From the NCBI GenBank assembly GCA_963707405.1, contig CAVPPT010000027.1:1-64000 (forward strand): a DNA stretch of 64,000 bases. Reading direction: 5' to 3'. A model generated the notes under the pieces. It saw nothing but the letters and a program-made list of their open reading frames with translations, did not search any database and was not told the DNA's origin. Made by a program: the position numbers and the translations under genes. Below are positions 50,583 to 62,552 of this stretch, piece after piece (position 1 is the stretch's first letter; each line of letters opens with the position of its first letter). Source of the DNA: an uncultured Planctomycetaceae bacterium (lineage in GTDB: Bacteria > Planctomycetota > Planctomycetia > Planctomycetales > Planctomycetaceae).

Positions 50583-50754
50583 GTTGTTCATCGCCGGCGG
50601 TCTCCCCGCGCCAGATTCCCCACGACTTCAACCTGAGTTCCCCGCCTTCACCGGTGCTTCCCGATATTGCCACCGCCACGGGATCCTGTAATATCGTGAG
50701 TGGTGGGCCGGAATACACAGCAGCTGACATGTACGTGCCGTAACAAAAGCAGTT

Positions 50755-51507
50755 ATGGGATTCTCCGCGATGAAATCGAATCTGTGGTCCGCTGTTTCCG
50801 CAGTGTTGATCTGTTTCGGAGGGACGGCAGAGTCGGCGATCATCACCAATGGGAGTTTTGAGACCGTTCCCAGCGGTGCGACTGGACAAGGAATATTGCC
50901 CAGCGGTTGGCTAAATGCCCCGATCATTGTTCCAGGCGCTGACACCTACAGCAACGATGGCAGCTACGGCCTCGCCCCGTCTGATTTTGGAAACTTCACG
51001 GGAGTGATCGCGTTCGATGGCATCCGCTGGGTCGCCGGTTCAGCGTTTGGTCGTCTGTCCACAAGCACGACGGTGGGAGGAGAAGCGTTCGGTACAACGC
51101 TTGCCATGGCGCTCACACCCGGAACCGCGTATCAGCTGGATGCCCACTTATATCAAGCGTTGCGATCGGATCTGAACAATCCGGGGGGATATCATCTGTT
51201 TCTGGCGAGCGACAACTCTGCTGCCGGGTTAGCCGCGGCCACATTACTTGGTGCCTTGGCTCCGACAACGACCGGCGTGGGTGCGTGGGAGGCACGGTCT
51301 TTGGGTTTCGTTGCCCCGCTTGATGCAGCGTCACGACCTTTCCTCGTTTTTGCACCCTATCAGGCAACTGCGGGTAACACGTATCCCGGCATCGATGCCG
51401 TTGTTCTATCAGCATCGGCCATCCCTGAGCCCTCCAGTCTGGCACTCTTCGTGCTCGCCAGTACCGGTTTGATGGCTTTCCGACGCCGCAACACCAGAAA
51501 ACGCTGA
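50755..51507 (+). CDS. Secreted PEP-CTERM sorting-domain protein
   Basis: Signal peptide plus the C-terminal motif IPEPSSLALFVLASTGLMAFRRRNTRKR (PEP, then TM, then basic tail). Confidence 0.7.
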   Translation: MGFSAMKSNLWSAVSAVLICFGGTAESAIITNGSFETVPSGATGQGILPSGWLNAPIIVPGADTYSNDGSYGLAPSDFGNFTGVIAFDGIRWVAGSAFGRLSTSTTVGGEAFGTTLAMALTPGTAYQLDAHLYQALRSDLNNPGGYHLFLASDNSAAGLAAATLLGALAPTTTGVGAWEARSLGFVAPLDAASRPFLVFAPYQATAGNTYPGIDAVVLSASAIPEPSSLALFVLASTGLMAFRRRNTRKR

Positions 51508-51546
51508 ACTCGTTACTGCTACGCGATCGTTATGCGAGGTTGTGCG

Positions 51547-52779
51547 TTAGCGCACGAACACCTTCACGCCGTCCACAAGCTGGTCGCCGGGGTGTGTCAC
51601 GATCTGTTCGCCATCCTTGAGTCCGCCGAGGACCTGGGCCTCCAGCCCATTCTGATGCCCGACCTCAATCGTGCGGCGGTGGGCCTTTGAAGTGGACGGA
51701 TCGACGGTAAACACCGCCCAGTCGTTCCCCTGACGAAACAGCGCACTGGTCGGGATCCTGAAGCACGTCCGGCTCCTCCCAGATCACAATCCGGGCCTCG
51801 ACCCGAAAGCCGTCTCCCAGTGTCGAACGTTGTTCGGGCGGGTCGCTGAAGTCGAGCACCACATTCACACGCTGCTCCTCGACGCCTAGTGCCGAGATCT
51901 TGGTAAAGCCGGACGGTTCGACCAGTCGCACCCGCGCATGAAGCGGCTCGTCACCTCCCCAGTGATCCAGTTCTGCGTTGGTGCCCGGGGCAATCTTGAC
52001 CGCATCCCCGGAGAGGACATCCACGACGACTTCGAGATCGGACGGTTCGCCCACCTCCACGAGATGCATTCCTGGTGAAACGATGGTGGCACTCTCCTGC
52101 ATTACTCTCAACACACGTCCGGAGATCGGTGCTCGAATCTCGAAGGAGCTGGCCGCATCGACAGGGCCGTCGTCCGTCTGTGTCCGCAGCAGGGCCGACT
52201 GTTCGAGTTCCAGTTCGAACTGGGCGATCTCCTGGGCGAACTTCGACTCACGAAACTCCTGTGTTCTGGTGCGAAACAGCATCTCCTGCTCGTCGAGCTG
52301 CGAGGGTGTCGCCGCTCCCTGGGCGCTGATCCGACGAACGCGAGCCACTTCGGTCTCTGCAAAGTCCAGAGCGGCCTGTGCCTTCTCGAGGGTCGTGGCC
52401 GACTGTTCCAGCCGTGCCTGCGCTGCCTTCACGCGCGCCTCGGCCTGTGCCCGGGCCCGTGGATCAAGGAGGTCGGGATCAGTCGGTTCGATCCGGGCGA
52501 TGACGGTACTGCCGGCTGCGACTGAATCACCGACGTCGAGGCCAATGCGCAGCAGTCGACCACTGAGTGGACTGGAGACCACATACCGTTCCTTGATGCG
52601 GGTCTGCCCGTCCTCATCGACCGTGACCTTCAGCGCCCGTGCTCGACGATCGCGAGATCCACCCCCACAGGCTTGGGGAGAAAGGCGAACACGAGCGATC
52701 CCAGCACCGCCAGGCCCACAGCCCACATCGCCGCGCGACGCAGGATGCTTCCCCAACGTGATTTCTTTTTGGCTGGCAC
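51547..52779 (-). CDS. ABC-exporter periplasmic adaptor (HlyD/MacA family), with 2 frame changes
   Basis: TM anchor MWAVGLAVLGSLVFAFL, the motif VTVDEDGQTRIKERYVVSSPLSGRLLRIGLDVGDSV, coiled-coil helices, and a C-terminal beta-barrel in a third frame ending VDGVKVFVR. Confidence 0.6.
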
Positions 52780-52787
52780 GGATGTCT

Positions 52788-55152
52788 TTACTCTCGTTGT
52801 TTGAGCACGGATACGAGATCCAGGGTGTCGAGTCGCCGCCTCACGATGAGGGCCGAGATCGCTGCGGCCACCAGCGTCACTGCGGCGGCAAACGCCAAGG
52901 TCCGCAGACTGATGACCAGCGGAAACCGGAACAGTTCGGCGGGGACACTCTGCGTCACCAGCCACGCGAAACCGTAGCCGATGGCGAAGCCTGGAGGAAT
53001 CGCTGCCAGGGTAAGAATCGCCAGCTCTCCCAGCAGAATCACGGAGATCTCTCCCCGCGTGAAGCCAATGACCCGCAACGTCCCCATCTCGCGGCTCCGC
53101 TCCGACAGCGAAATGCGAGCCGTGTTGTAAACCACACCGAAGGCGATGATGCAAGCGAACATGACATTGAAGGACTGAAACCGCAACTGGTTTTCGGCGA
53201 CGGTGTCCTGAAAGCTCTGATACGCAGCAGACTTGATGGTGACACCCGCGACGCGGCGGAGTGTGCTTGAGTTGATGGTACAGCTCGGCCTGCCGGGTGC
53301 CGTCCACTCGCAGATGGGCCCCGGAGATGCTTCCCTCCTCACGCAACAGGGCCGACAGGGCCTCGCGATCCATGTAGGCATTCGTTCCGGCGAACTCGAC
53401 AATCGTGGCCGTCACCGGAATCTCCCAGACCGGCCGCTGTCCCTCCAGCACTTCGACGATCACCGTTTCTCCGAGTCCGACGCCCAAAAGCTCCGCCAGC
53501 TTGTCGGAGAGCATGATGCCCGCTGGCGGGAGCTTGGCGAGATTCTCATCGGCATCGATCAGCCGATACAATTCCCGCTCCTGAGGCAGCCCCATGATGA
53601 CGGTGCGGCGGGAACGCTGGGCGTGACGCAGTCGCACCGGGACCGCGCGGTACGTTTCCACTCTGAGTACGCCGGGAAGATGCTGGAGTTCATACTCGGC
53701 GGTCGCACTCAGCGGCTCGACGAATGCCACGCTCACATCCTGCCGCTGAGTGATGAAGTACTGAAAGTTCATCATATAATCGACGGCATCCATCCCGAAG
53801 TTGCCCAGCACCAGCACCGCGACGGCAAACGATATTCCGAGGATCGACAGCAGCGCCTTGAAAGGACGCCGTTCAAGTTCGCGGACAATCATCCGTCCGG
53901 AGGACGAGAGGAACCGGGACCAGCCCATGCGCTCGAACAGCGTCTCCCGAAACTGAGCCGGTGGGGCGGGGCGCATGGCTTCGGCGGGGGGAAGCCGGAT
54001 CGCCGTTCGCACCGACCCGAGTGTCCCGACCACGGCCGTCACCAGGCTGATGACGATTGCCCAGGACACGACCGTCGGATCGAAGCGATACAGGATCACC
54101 GGGAAATGATAGAACTCCGCGTACATGGAGGTGATCCCCTTGCCGAGCTGCAAACCCAGCACGGTGCCGATGGCGGTTCCCGTCAGCGTGATGAGCACGA
54201 CAAATTGCAGGTAATGCAATCCGACTTCCCAGTGTGTGTACCCGAACGCCTTCAGCGCGGCGATCTGCTCGCGCTGAGTGCTGATCAGCCGAGTGACGAC
54301 GACGTTCAGCAGAAAGGCCGCGACTCCCAGAAAAATCAGCGGGGCGATGAACGCCGTCCCCATCAACTGCGTGATCTCGTTGTCCAGAAACCGGGCCGAG
54401 ATCTGTTCGTCACGTCCATAGGCACCCGCCCCTCCGTAGGGCTCGATCAGCTGGTCGACGCGGGCCAACACCTCCTGCACCGAAGCCCCCCGCAGCAGCG
54501 AGATGGTGATGTCATTGAATGCTCCCTGCATGTCAAAGACAGACGCGAGCTGTTCCTCCTCCATCCAGAACACACCGAAGCGTCGGTTGTCCGGAACGAT
54601 GTCGTTCCCTCGGATCTGGTAGACATACTCCGGCGAGAGGGCAATGCCGACGATCGTCAACCTTTGCAGTCGGCCGTTCAAGATCGCGTTGAAGGAATCG
54701 CCCGGTTCGAAGCCGTGCGCACCCGCAAACGATTCGCTGGCGAGCACCTCTCCACGGCGTCCGGGCTCCACCCAGCGTCCTGACCGCAGGTGCAGATCGT
54801 TGAGTCGCGGACGTCGGTCGCCGGGGACCGAGATCAGCCGGCCTACAGCGGGTTCCGACATCCCCTCGACGTCGAGCGTGACATCCATCACCACACGGGG
54901 ATCAACTTGCGCGACGCCGGGGATCTGGGCAATCCGATCGGCGAGAGACAATGGAGCCCGCTTGAGTTGTGCGAAGACGTCCGCGAAGCGATAGCGGTCG
55001 TAGTAGGTGGCCCGCGTCAGCTTCAGGGCCTCCAAGGTGCTCAGCGACATCACGAACACGGACACCCCACTGGCAATGACGAGCGCGATCGCCAGAGCCT
55101 GCCCCTTCATGTGGAGCAAATCGCGGATCAGCTTGCGGTGCAGGGGATGCAT
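52788..55152 (-). CDS. ABC transporter permease with two FtsX domains (MacB-like), with a frame change near 53300-53400
   Basis: The start MHPLHRKLIRDLLHMKGQ is typical of large FtsX permeases. There are 4+4 TM helices. The C-terminal FtsX domain is intact in 52788..53402 (LRVIGFTRGEISVILLGELAILTLAAIPPGFAIGY). Confidence 0.65.
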
Positions 55153-55243
55153 GGTGGTCGAGTCGCTGAATCGTTGAACAGGTTTCAAAGCCAGGCGATG
55201 GCATCGCCGGGTCACACGCACCGGGTTACTTGCATCGCGTCCT

Positions 55244-55975
55244 TCACCACTCCAGCTCCTTGGGGCCAATGCGTGTCGCGTTCTCACGCACGCCGTCGAT
55301 ATGGCCGTCCTTCAGAGAGACGACACGATGGGCCATGGCCGAGATGGCCGCATTATGGGTGATGACAGCCGTCGTCGTTCCAAGCTCGCGGTTGATCCGG
55401 TCAATCGCCTCCAGCACGACGATGCCGGTCTCGACATCCAGCGCCCCGGTCGGTTCATCGCACAGCAGCACGTCCGGCTGTTTGGCAATCGCCCGCGCAA
55501 TGGCGACCCGCTGCTGTTCGCCTCCGGACAGCTGGGCAGGAAAATGATCCGCCCGCGGCCCCAAGTGCACCATTTCCAGGGCCTCGCGCGGGTCGAGCGG
55601 ATGGTCGGCGATCTCAGTGACGAGGGCCACATTCTCCCGGGCCGTCAGTGACGGAATGAGGTTGTAGAACTGAAACACAAAGCCGACATGCCGGCGGCGG
55701 TACTGCGTGAGGGCCACATCGTCGAAGGCGGTGAGTTCCTCATCCCGGTACCGCACGATGCCTGTGGTGGGAACGTCGAGGCCCCCCAGAATGTTGAGCA
55801 GGGTCGATTTGCCGCTGCCGGACGGTCCGAGCAGGACGACGAACTCCCCCTCAAATAACTGCAGATCGACACCCCGCAGAGCCGGTACCTCCACCTCCCC
55901 CATCTGATAGACCTTGGTCACTGCCTCGGCAGCGAAAACCGTCACCGGTGGTGAGATGGCCGCAGATGACATCAT
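55244..55975 (-). CDS. ABC transporter ATP-binding protein (MacB/LolD-like)
   Basis: Walker [11 protein letters not shown]-loop, ABC signature [14 protein letters not shown], Walker [14 protein letters not shown]-loop ITHN. Confidence 0.85.
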   Translation of the reverse strand: MMSSAAISPPVTVFAAEAVTKVYQMGEVEVPALRGVDLQLFEGEFVVLLGPSGSGKSTLLNILGGLDVPTTGIVRYRDEELTAFDDVALTQYRRRHVGFVFQFYNLIPSLTARENVALVTEIADHPLDPREALEMVHLGPRADHFPAQLSGGEQQRVAIARAIAKQPDVLLCDEPTGALDVETGIVVLEAIDRINRELGTTTAVITHNAAISAMAHRVVSLKDGHIDGVRENATRIGPKELEW

Positions 55976-56240
55976 GAATGACTCGACAATCCAGTCGTTC
56001 CTTGCCGGTATGGAGGGAGTTGATGCACATGCTAACAGTCAAGCATGGCGAGCGGGAGGCGTGAGCCTCCCGGTTGGAGTACAGCCTTCAGGCTGCGACG
56101 TACAGGCGAAAGTCTGAACTCAAACACATGGTCGTTCCCATCGGGGGACTGACGTCCCCCGCTCGCCCGACGTTTGCGATTTGAGTCTGACGGGCGCGGG
56201 AGTCTATACTCGACCGCGATTCCACAGGCCGGAGATCTGC

Positions 56241-57499
56241 ATGCGATTCTCACTTCCACTGTTAATGCTGTTGGCCGTTCAACTGACATCGGCAGGCGAC
56301 AACTGGCCCGAGTTCCGAGGACCGAGGGCCGATGGCATCGGCACGTCACACGGGTTGCCGACAACATGGAGTGAAACCGAGAACATCGTTTGGAAGACAG
56401 CAATTCCCGGCGAAGGGTACTCGTCGCCGGTGATCTGGGGGGAGCAGATCTGGCTGACGTCGGCCAGTCCGGACGGCAAGCAGCTGTTCGCCTGGTGCAT
56501 CGATCGGGACAGTGGCGAGTTGATTCACGAGCGGCTGCTGTTCGAGGTCGCGAATCCCCGGGAGAAGCACAAGTTCAACACCTATGCCTCCCCGACTCCG
56601 GCCATCGAGGAGGGCCGCGTGCATCTCAGTTGGGGGAGCAGCGGCATCGCGTGCCTCGACACGCGGTCGGCCGACCTCGTGTGGTCCCGCCGGGACCTGG
56701 AGTGCAATCACTATCGGGGTCCGGGGTCATCGTTCGTTCTATGGAATGACCTGTTGATCAGCCACTTCGACGGCTTCGACTACCAGTATGTGATCGCACT
56801 CGACAAACATACGGGGGACACGGTCTGGAAGACGCCGCGTCCGACCGACTTCGGCACGGATGACGGCGACAAGAAGAAGGCCTATGCGACGCCGATCGTG
56901 ATCGACGTCGACGGCCGCTCGCAGCTCATCAGTCCGACATCAATGGGGACCTTCGCCTACGATGTGCGCACGGGGGAAGAGATCTGGCACGTCACGCATC
57001 CCGAGTTTTCCTCCGCCAATCGTCCGATCTATGCGAACGGTCTGTTGTACATTGGCACCGGCTTCGGCAAGGGGGCGGTGATGGCAGTCAAGCCGACGGG
57101 GCAGGGGGATGTGACGGAAACCCATGTGGTCTGGGTCGAGAAGCGGAACATGCCGTCCAAGCCTTCGCCGTTGCTGGTCGATGGGCTGCTATACTGCATC
57201 AGCGACACGGGGGTCGCGACCTGTCTGGATTCCGCGACCGGCGAGAGCGTCTGGCAAGGCGGGTGGGAGGCAACTACTCGTCATCCCCTGTCTATGCCGA
57301 CGGTCACATCTACATCCCCAGCGAAGAGGGGAAGACGACGGTCATCGCCCCGGGACGCGAGTACACCGTGCTCGCGGAGAACATGCTCGATGATGGCTGT
57401 CTCGCATCACCAGCGATCGTCGACGGAGCACTCTTCCTGCGGACGCGCACGCATCTGTATCGCATTGAGGACCTGAGCCGGAAGCCCGCCGGGAACTGA
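56241..57499 (+). CDS. PQQ-like beta-propeller repeat protein (BamB/PQQ enzyme repeat family), secreted, with a frame change at ~57265
   Basis: Signal peptide MRFSLPLLMLLAVQLTSAGD. Repeated W-x-(n)-G-x-x-x-S-P-x-(V/I) units (NIVWKTAIPGEGYSSPVIWGEQIW, DLVWSRRD, DTVWKT, EEIWHV, ESVWQG). The last blade is in ORF 57263..57499. Confidence 0.65.
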
Positions 57500-57564
57500 T
57501 CTGGCGTCGAATTGGCCCATGCGTATGATTCGCCCTCCTGGTTCCTGCGGGAGGTCACCTGCCG

Positions 57565-58340
57565 ATGCCTGTTGCTGCCCTTCGCGCGTCAGTCATCCTT
57601 TGTCTTGGCTGCACCGTCACGGCATCAGCGCAGGACGCAGCAGCACCTGCACCGCCCCTCTCATTGTTGATCGAGTCGATTGTGCGGTCGTCGTTGCCCG
57701 AGACGTTTGAGGACGACCGGCACTGGAACAAGCATCAGGAAGTGTTCTCAGGATTCAAGGTCCGTAGCCGTGGGCTCGACGTACGCATTTCGAAGCGGGA
57801 GAAGTCGGTCCGACATGGTTTCTGGCGGAAGGTCACCGTCACGCTGCTCGATCCCGCGCAGACCTTTCGGCTGCAGATCAACAATGTGCAACCGGTGGGT
57901 GACGGGCGGTATACGTTCGAGGTGGTCGCCGATGTGCGGGCGCAGGTGGTGGCGCGCTTTGAACACTGGAATCTGGATGTCAAACTGCTCAACGGCAGCA
58001 CCAAAGCTGACGCGTCACTCCGGCTGCGGGCCGATTGCTCGCTGCAATGGGAACTGACGAGTGACAACGAACTGGGACCAGTCGTCATCTTGAAGCCGGA
58101 CGTCGTGAATGTTGATCTGGAGCTGCAGGATCTCGACCTCCGCCGGCTGGGGCAGCTCGCGGCTCGGTCGCCCACGAACTGGGGAACGGCTTGACGGATC
58201 CGATCGAGGTTCTGCTGCAGACCCAGGAGAAGGCGGTCCGCAAACAGGCGTGGAAGGAAATCGAGAAGCACCGTGGTGATCTGCGGATACCGCTCGTAAA
58301 GGTGCTCGACTCCCCTTGGGCCGGGCTGTTGTGGACCCGG
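57565..58340 (+). CDS. Secreted hypothetical protein, with a frame change at ~58195
   Basis: Signal peptide MPVAALRASVILCLGCTVTASAQD. Coding continues in another frame after 58194 (DPIEVLLQTQEKAVRKQAWKEIEKHRGDLRIPLVKVLDSPWAGLLWTR). Confidence 0.4.
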
Positions 58341-58620
58341 TGAATCATGTGGGGTGTGCGGATGGCGGCGGCGAGAATCATGATTTGGCGCTCGGCGATG
58401 CCTCGCGGATAGCGGTTTGCTGCCGCTGACCGGCTCGCTGTTTCCGTCAGCGACGCCATGCTATCATCACAATCCGGTTTGTGTGCGCACCATTGCCCCT
58501 GTCTGCATGGTCGACAGACCGATCCAATATCGGAAGTGCATCCTGAGAACACTTCGAGAGGCGGCGTGTTCACGTCTGCGTGCCGCTGTCGTTCCTGATT
58601 CCCCTGAGAAAGTATCGACC

Positions 58621-59433
58621 ATGAACACTACAAAGAGTCGTTCTGTCAGTGTGCTGGGCGGTGTCGCCCTGCTGGTTTTCGTCGCAGCCGGTCGACCGGC
58701 GTCTGCCCAGGTGGGCACCTCGGGCCTCGATCCCTATCGACACACCTACGACCCGGAACATGGCTATGTGCCCTATGCCGGCAACTATGGCTACGGAGGG
58801 CTGGGCTATGGCGGTGGGATGACACCGGCGATGGGGGCCGGTATCGGGGCGGGGGCTGCTGCCGCCGGAGTCGGCCAGGCGGCGGCTGGCATCGGCCAAG
58901 GGCAGCTCTCGCATGCGCAGGCCCAGGAAGCCCATCAGCAGGCGACCACCCAGTTCCTGCAGAACGAGAATCTGGCTCAGCAGACGGCAATGGAGACCTC
59001 GGCCCGCCGGCAGACCGCGACCCAGCAGTGGGACGAGTCGCAAAAGAAGCAAGTTGAGGCACAGGCAGCGCTCTACAACCGAACGCTGCAGCAGATGGCA
59101 GCCGCCCAGCGACTCACAGCGGCACAGTACGACGTGGGCCGCGGTGTCCTCCATTGGCCGTTTGTGTTGCGTGAGCCTCAGTACACCGACCTCCGGCAGA
59201 AGATCGACCAGTTGTATGACGCCCGTACTCCGCAGGACAGCGGCCTCAACTCGAGCACGTTCGATGCGATCGAAACGTCGTGCCAGCAGCTGCAGGCCCT
59301 CGTCAACGAAGAGGTGAAGAAAGGTCTCCCTGTCAACGACTTCGTGACGGCCAAGCACTTCATTTCCAGCATCGAGTACGAAGCACGCTTTCCCGTGAAA
59401 GCCACGACGGTTGCATCGGCGGCCACCAAGTGA
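58621..59433 (+). CDS. Secreted low-complexity protein: Gly/Tyr-rich N-terminal segment followed by a Gln/Ala-rich coiled-coil region
   Basis: Start MNTTKSRSVSVLGGVALLVFVAAGRPASAQ. GYVPYAGNYGYGGLGYGGGMTPAMGAGIGAGAAAAGVGQAAAGIG, then QAQEAHQQATTQFLQNENLAQQTA... Confidence 0.45.
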   Translation: MNTTKSRSVSVLGGVALLVFVAAGRPASAQVGTSGLDPYRHTYDPEHGYVPYAGNYGYGGLGYGGGMTPAMGAGIGAGAAAAGVGQAAAGIGQGQLSHAQAQEAHQQATTQFLQNENLAQQTAMETSARRQTATQQWDESQKKQVEAQAALYNRTLQQMAAAQRLTAAQYDVGRGVLHWPFVLREPQYTDLRQKIDQLYDARTPQDSGLNSSTFDAIETSCQQLQALVNEEVKKGLPVNDFVTAKHFISSIEYEARFPVKATTVASAATK

Positions 59434-59473
59434 ACTGTGCCGGTCTGGAACAGTCTGATGAAAGTGGACGCCA

Positions 59474-60256
59474 ATGAGTGTTGATGACAGCGAAGGGCAA
59501 CAGCAGCAGGCAGATTCCCGCCGGAGTCGCAAGTTGAAGATCGTGATCAGCCTGCTGCTGTTGTGGTTTGTCGCCGCGTACTTCCTCATTCCGCTGGTGT
59601 GGAAGCGGTACGCGCGGCACCATCCGACCTTCGACGACAATCCGCGGATCACGAAAACCGGCGATGGGCATCCGGGTGATCCACTGAATGTCTCACTGAT
59701 CGGCACAGAGGACGAGGTCAAGGAGATTATGCAGGCTGCCGGATGGTTTCCGGCAAAGGCACTGGGGATCAAGAGCGATCTGAAAATTGCCGCCGACGTG
59801 GTCTTGTCCCGGCCCGATGACGAAGCCCCCGTGAGCAGCCTGTTTCTGTATGGGCGCAAGGAAGACCTCGCGTTCGAGCAACCGGTGGGAGACAATCCCA
59901 GGCATCGCAATCATGTCCGCTTCTGGAAGACGCCCACTCCCGACAGCGCCAGCGGCGATCGCCCCGTGTGGATCGGTTCGGCTTCCTACGACGAGCGGGT
60001 CGGCTTGAGTCACACAACGGGACAGATCACGCACCATATCTCCGGCGATGTCGATGCCGAGCGAGACCACCTGTTCGACGACCTGAGGCGGACCGGCGAT
60101 TTGTCGGAGACGTACGTCGTCAAGGGATTTCATAAGACACTCGAAGGCACAAATGGCGGCGGGGACAAGTGGTACACGGACGGCGACCTGTACGTCGGCA
60201 TCATCAAGTCGCCATTCCCTGCGACGACAACAGCCGACCAACCGGTTCAGCAATAG
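59474..60256 (+). CDS. Membrane-anchored LssY C-terminal-domain-like protein
   Basis: One N-terminal TM helix (LKIVISLLLLWFVAAYFLIPLVW). Motifs recalled for the LssY_C family are present (DPLNVSLIG, LYGRKEDLAFEQPVGDNPRHRNHVRFW, PVWIGSASYDERVGLSHTTGQITHHI, DAERD). This rests on memory of the family, not on a search. Confidence 0.5.
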   Translation: MSVDDSEGQQQQADSRRSRKLKIVISLLLLWFVAAYFLIPLVWKRYARHHPTFDDNPRITKTGDGHPGDPLNVSLIGTEDEVKEIMQAAGWFPAKALGIKSDLKIAADVVLSRPDDEAPVSSLFLYGRKEDLAFEQPVGDNPRHRNHVRFWKTPTPDSASGDRPVWIGSASYDERVGLSHTTGQITHHISGDVDAERDHLFDDLRRTGDLSETYVVKGFHKTLEGTNGGGDKWYTDGDLYVGIIKSPFPATTTADQPVQQ

Positions 60257-60278
60257 TACACATCCGAAGTCGAACGAC

Positions 60279-60482
60279 ATGACACGACATCCGAAGAAGC
60301 ACCACGACGAACACAAGCACGAGCACCACGCAGCGGCCCGCAAGCAGCCCCCGCATAAGGACTGGCGGTTGTGGGTCATCGTCGGCCTGATGCTGGCGGC
60401 GATGATCGGCTACATCATGTCGATGGACGAATCGGTCGAACCGGGTGGTGCTGAAGAGCCGCGTGTGCCCGCCGCACCCTGA
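60279..60482 (+). CDS. Small His/Lys-rich single-TM protein, 67 aa
   Basis: MTRHPKKHHDEHKHEHHAAARKQPPHKDWRLWVIVGLMLAAMIGYIMSMDE... Located directly downstream of the LssY-like gene. Confidence 0.35.
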   Translation: MTRHPKKHHDEHKHEHHAAARKQPPHKDWRLWVIVGLMLAAMIGYIMSMDESVEPGGAEEPRVPAAP

Positions 60483-60737
60483 GCCCTCCAGATCCGCTGC
60501 GCCTGAGAATCGTTGTCATGACACCCCTCGACATCGCCCAGTGCCCCACAGGCCCCCAGCCTGCCTTCTCCGGGGGGGGGTGGGGTAGACCCCGCGTGCC
60601 TCCGGTCAGGTCAAGGGAGGTGCATCGAGAAGCACAATCGCGTCTGAGAGCGGGCTGATCCATTTCGACACGGTGGCTGCGTTGCTACTAAGTCGCTCGA
60701 GAGTTTCACGAGTCTTCAACAGGAGGGTGAGTGCACC

Positions 60738-62552
60738 ATGAGTCACAAGACATACCAACGAATCGGCTGCGGACTGGGCGTCCTCGCCGCCGCCGCACTG
60801 CTGGGGAGCAACAACCCAGCCCACGCGCAAGCCAAGAAACCCAACATCCTGTTCATCATGGGCGACGACATCGGCTGGATGCAGCCGAGCTGTTATCACC
60901 GCGGCCTGATGGTCGGCGAAACGCCGAACATCGACCGGCTCGCCAACGAAGGCGGCATCTTCATGCACTACTACGCCGAGCAGAGCTGCACGGCGGGGCG
61001 CACGGCGTTCTTCACCGGCATGCATCCGATGCGCGCCGGCATGCTCATGCCGGAGTTGCCGGGTGCCATTTCGTATCTGCGACCCGGCACTCCGGCGCTC
61101 GCCAGTTCCTGCTCGACCTCGGCTACAGCACCGGTGAGTTCGGCAAGAACCACCTCGGCGATCATCCCGATTCGCTGCCGACCGCGCACGGCTTCCAGGA
61201 ATTCTGGGGCTACCTCTACCATCTCGATGCGATGCAAGGGGTCAGCTTCCCGGACATCAACAAGCAGCCCGACCGATGCAGGCCGTCGTGCCGCCGATGA
61301 AGATGATTCCGATTCCCGGCATTCCCGAAACGCCCGGCGCGATCGACTCCCGAAGACGGCGTCTGCATGGCTCAGCCACGGCCGATCCTTTGGATGAAGT
61401 CGTCCGATGGCACGGCGAAGAATCAGATGGGCAAGGACGAAGGTCCGCTCACCCTCGAACGCTCGAAGACCGTGGACGAGGAAATCTCCGCCCACGTCAT
61501 CGACTGGCTCGATCGCAACGATCCGGAGAAGACCGAACAAGCCGTTCTTCTGCTGGTACAACCCGGCCCGCATGCACATCACCACGATGTTCTCGCCGAA
61601 GTATGAAGCCATGCTCGGCACCAAGGGCGGCAAGGACTGGGGCATCAACGAAGTCGGCATGAAGCAGATGGACGACAATATCGGCGTACGTCCTCAAGAA
61701 GCTCGAAGACATGGGCGAACTCGACAACACGATCGTCGTCTTCACCACCGACAACGGCGCGGAAGTCATCACCTTCCCGGATGGCGGCAACACGCCGTTC
61801 AAAGGCGGGAAGCTGACCACCTGGGAAGGCGGCATGCGCGCTCCCTGCGTCATCCGCTGGCCGGGCAAGATCAAGCCGGGCACCGTCTACAAGGAGATGT
61901 TCGCCTCCCTCGACTGGCTGCCCACGTTCGTCGAAATCGCCGGCGGCGCCAAGGGCAATGAGCTCAACGAGCAGATCATGGCGGGCAAGTACCCGGGCAT
62001 CGTCAAGACCAAGCTCGATGGCGTCAACCAGCTCGACTATCTGACCGGCAAGTCCGACGAAGTCGGCCCGCGACACCTTCTTCTACTACACCGGCGCGCA
62101 GCCCTCGGCCGTGCGGTACAAGAACTGGAAGTTCTACTACACGATGGTGGGCGCAGGTGCCATGGATGGACTGATGGGTGCGCCAGACCTACCACTGGAC
62201 TCAGCTCGCCAACATCATGCGCGATCCGTTTGAGATCAGCGTCGGTGCGGACACCAAGTCGCTTCTCAGCTATGCCGGGGCACTCGCGGCACCGAGCACG
62301 GCATACATCTACGACTGGAACCTCCTGCCCATTGGCCAGCTCCTGTGGGAAAAGGAACTGATGTCGTACAAGGAGTTCCCGCCGTTGCAGGAGGCGGCGA
62401 GCTATAACCTCGACCAGATCCTCGAATCGCTGAAGAAGAACGAGCGGCACCCACTCCGACTAGTCGGACGCCATTCATTAATTGTAATTGCGCGGGTCGC
62501 CTTTTGCGAGGCGGCCCGCGAATTCAACACCACACGAGGGGCCGAGCGATGA
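60738..62552 (+). pseudogene. Arylsulfatase (formylglycine-dependent sulfatase family) broken into at least 4 frames
   Basis: AGGAGGG RBS and signal peptide. N-terminal sulfatase motif NILFIMGDDIGW...SCTAGRTAFFTG. Central and C-terminal pieces lie in ORFs 61407..61961, 61711..62361 (IVVFTTDNGAEV, GGKLTTWEGGMRAPCVIRWPG), and 62178..62552. Confidence 0.65.

Noticed and set aside
53233-54783. 516-aa plus-strand ORF
   Set aside because: Lies opposite the FtsX permease gene. The composition is RGD-rich junk typical of GC-rich antisense frames.
58570-59910. 446-aa minus-strand ORF
   Set aside because: Antisense to two well-supported plus-strand secreted-protein genes. No start context or motifs.
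60482-60737. G8 and GGGG homopolymer tract (ccgggggggggtggggtag) upstream of the sulfatase gene, considered as a phase-variation site
   Set aside because: It lies in a non-coding spacer 150 nt upstream of the start. It is more likely a source of assembly indels than a regulatory switch. Mentioned only as context for the frame-error pattern.
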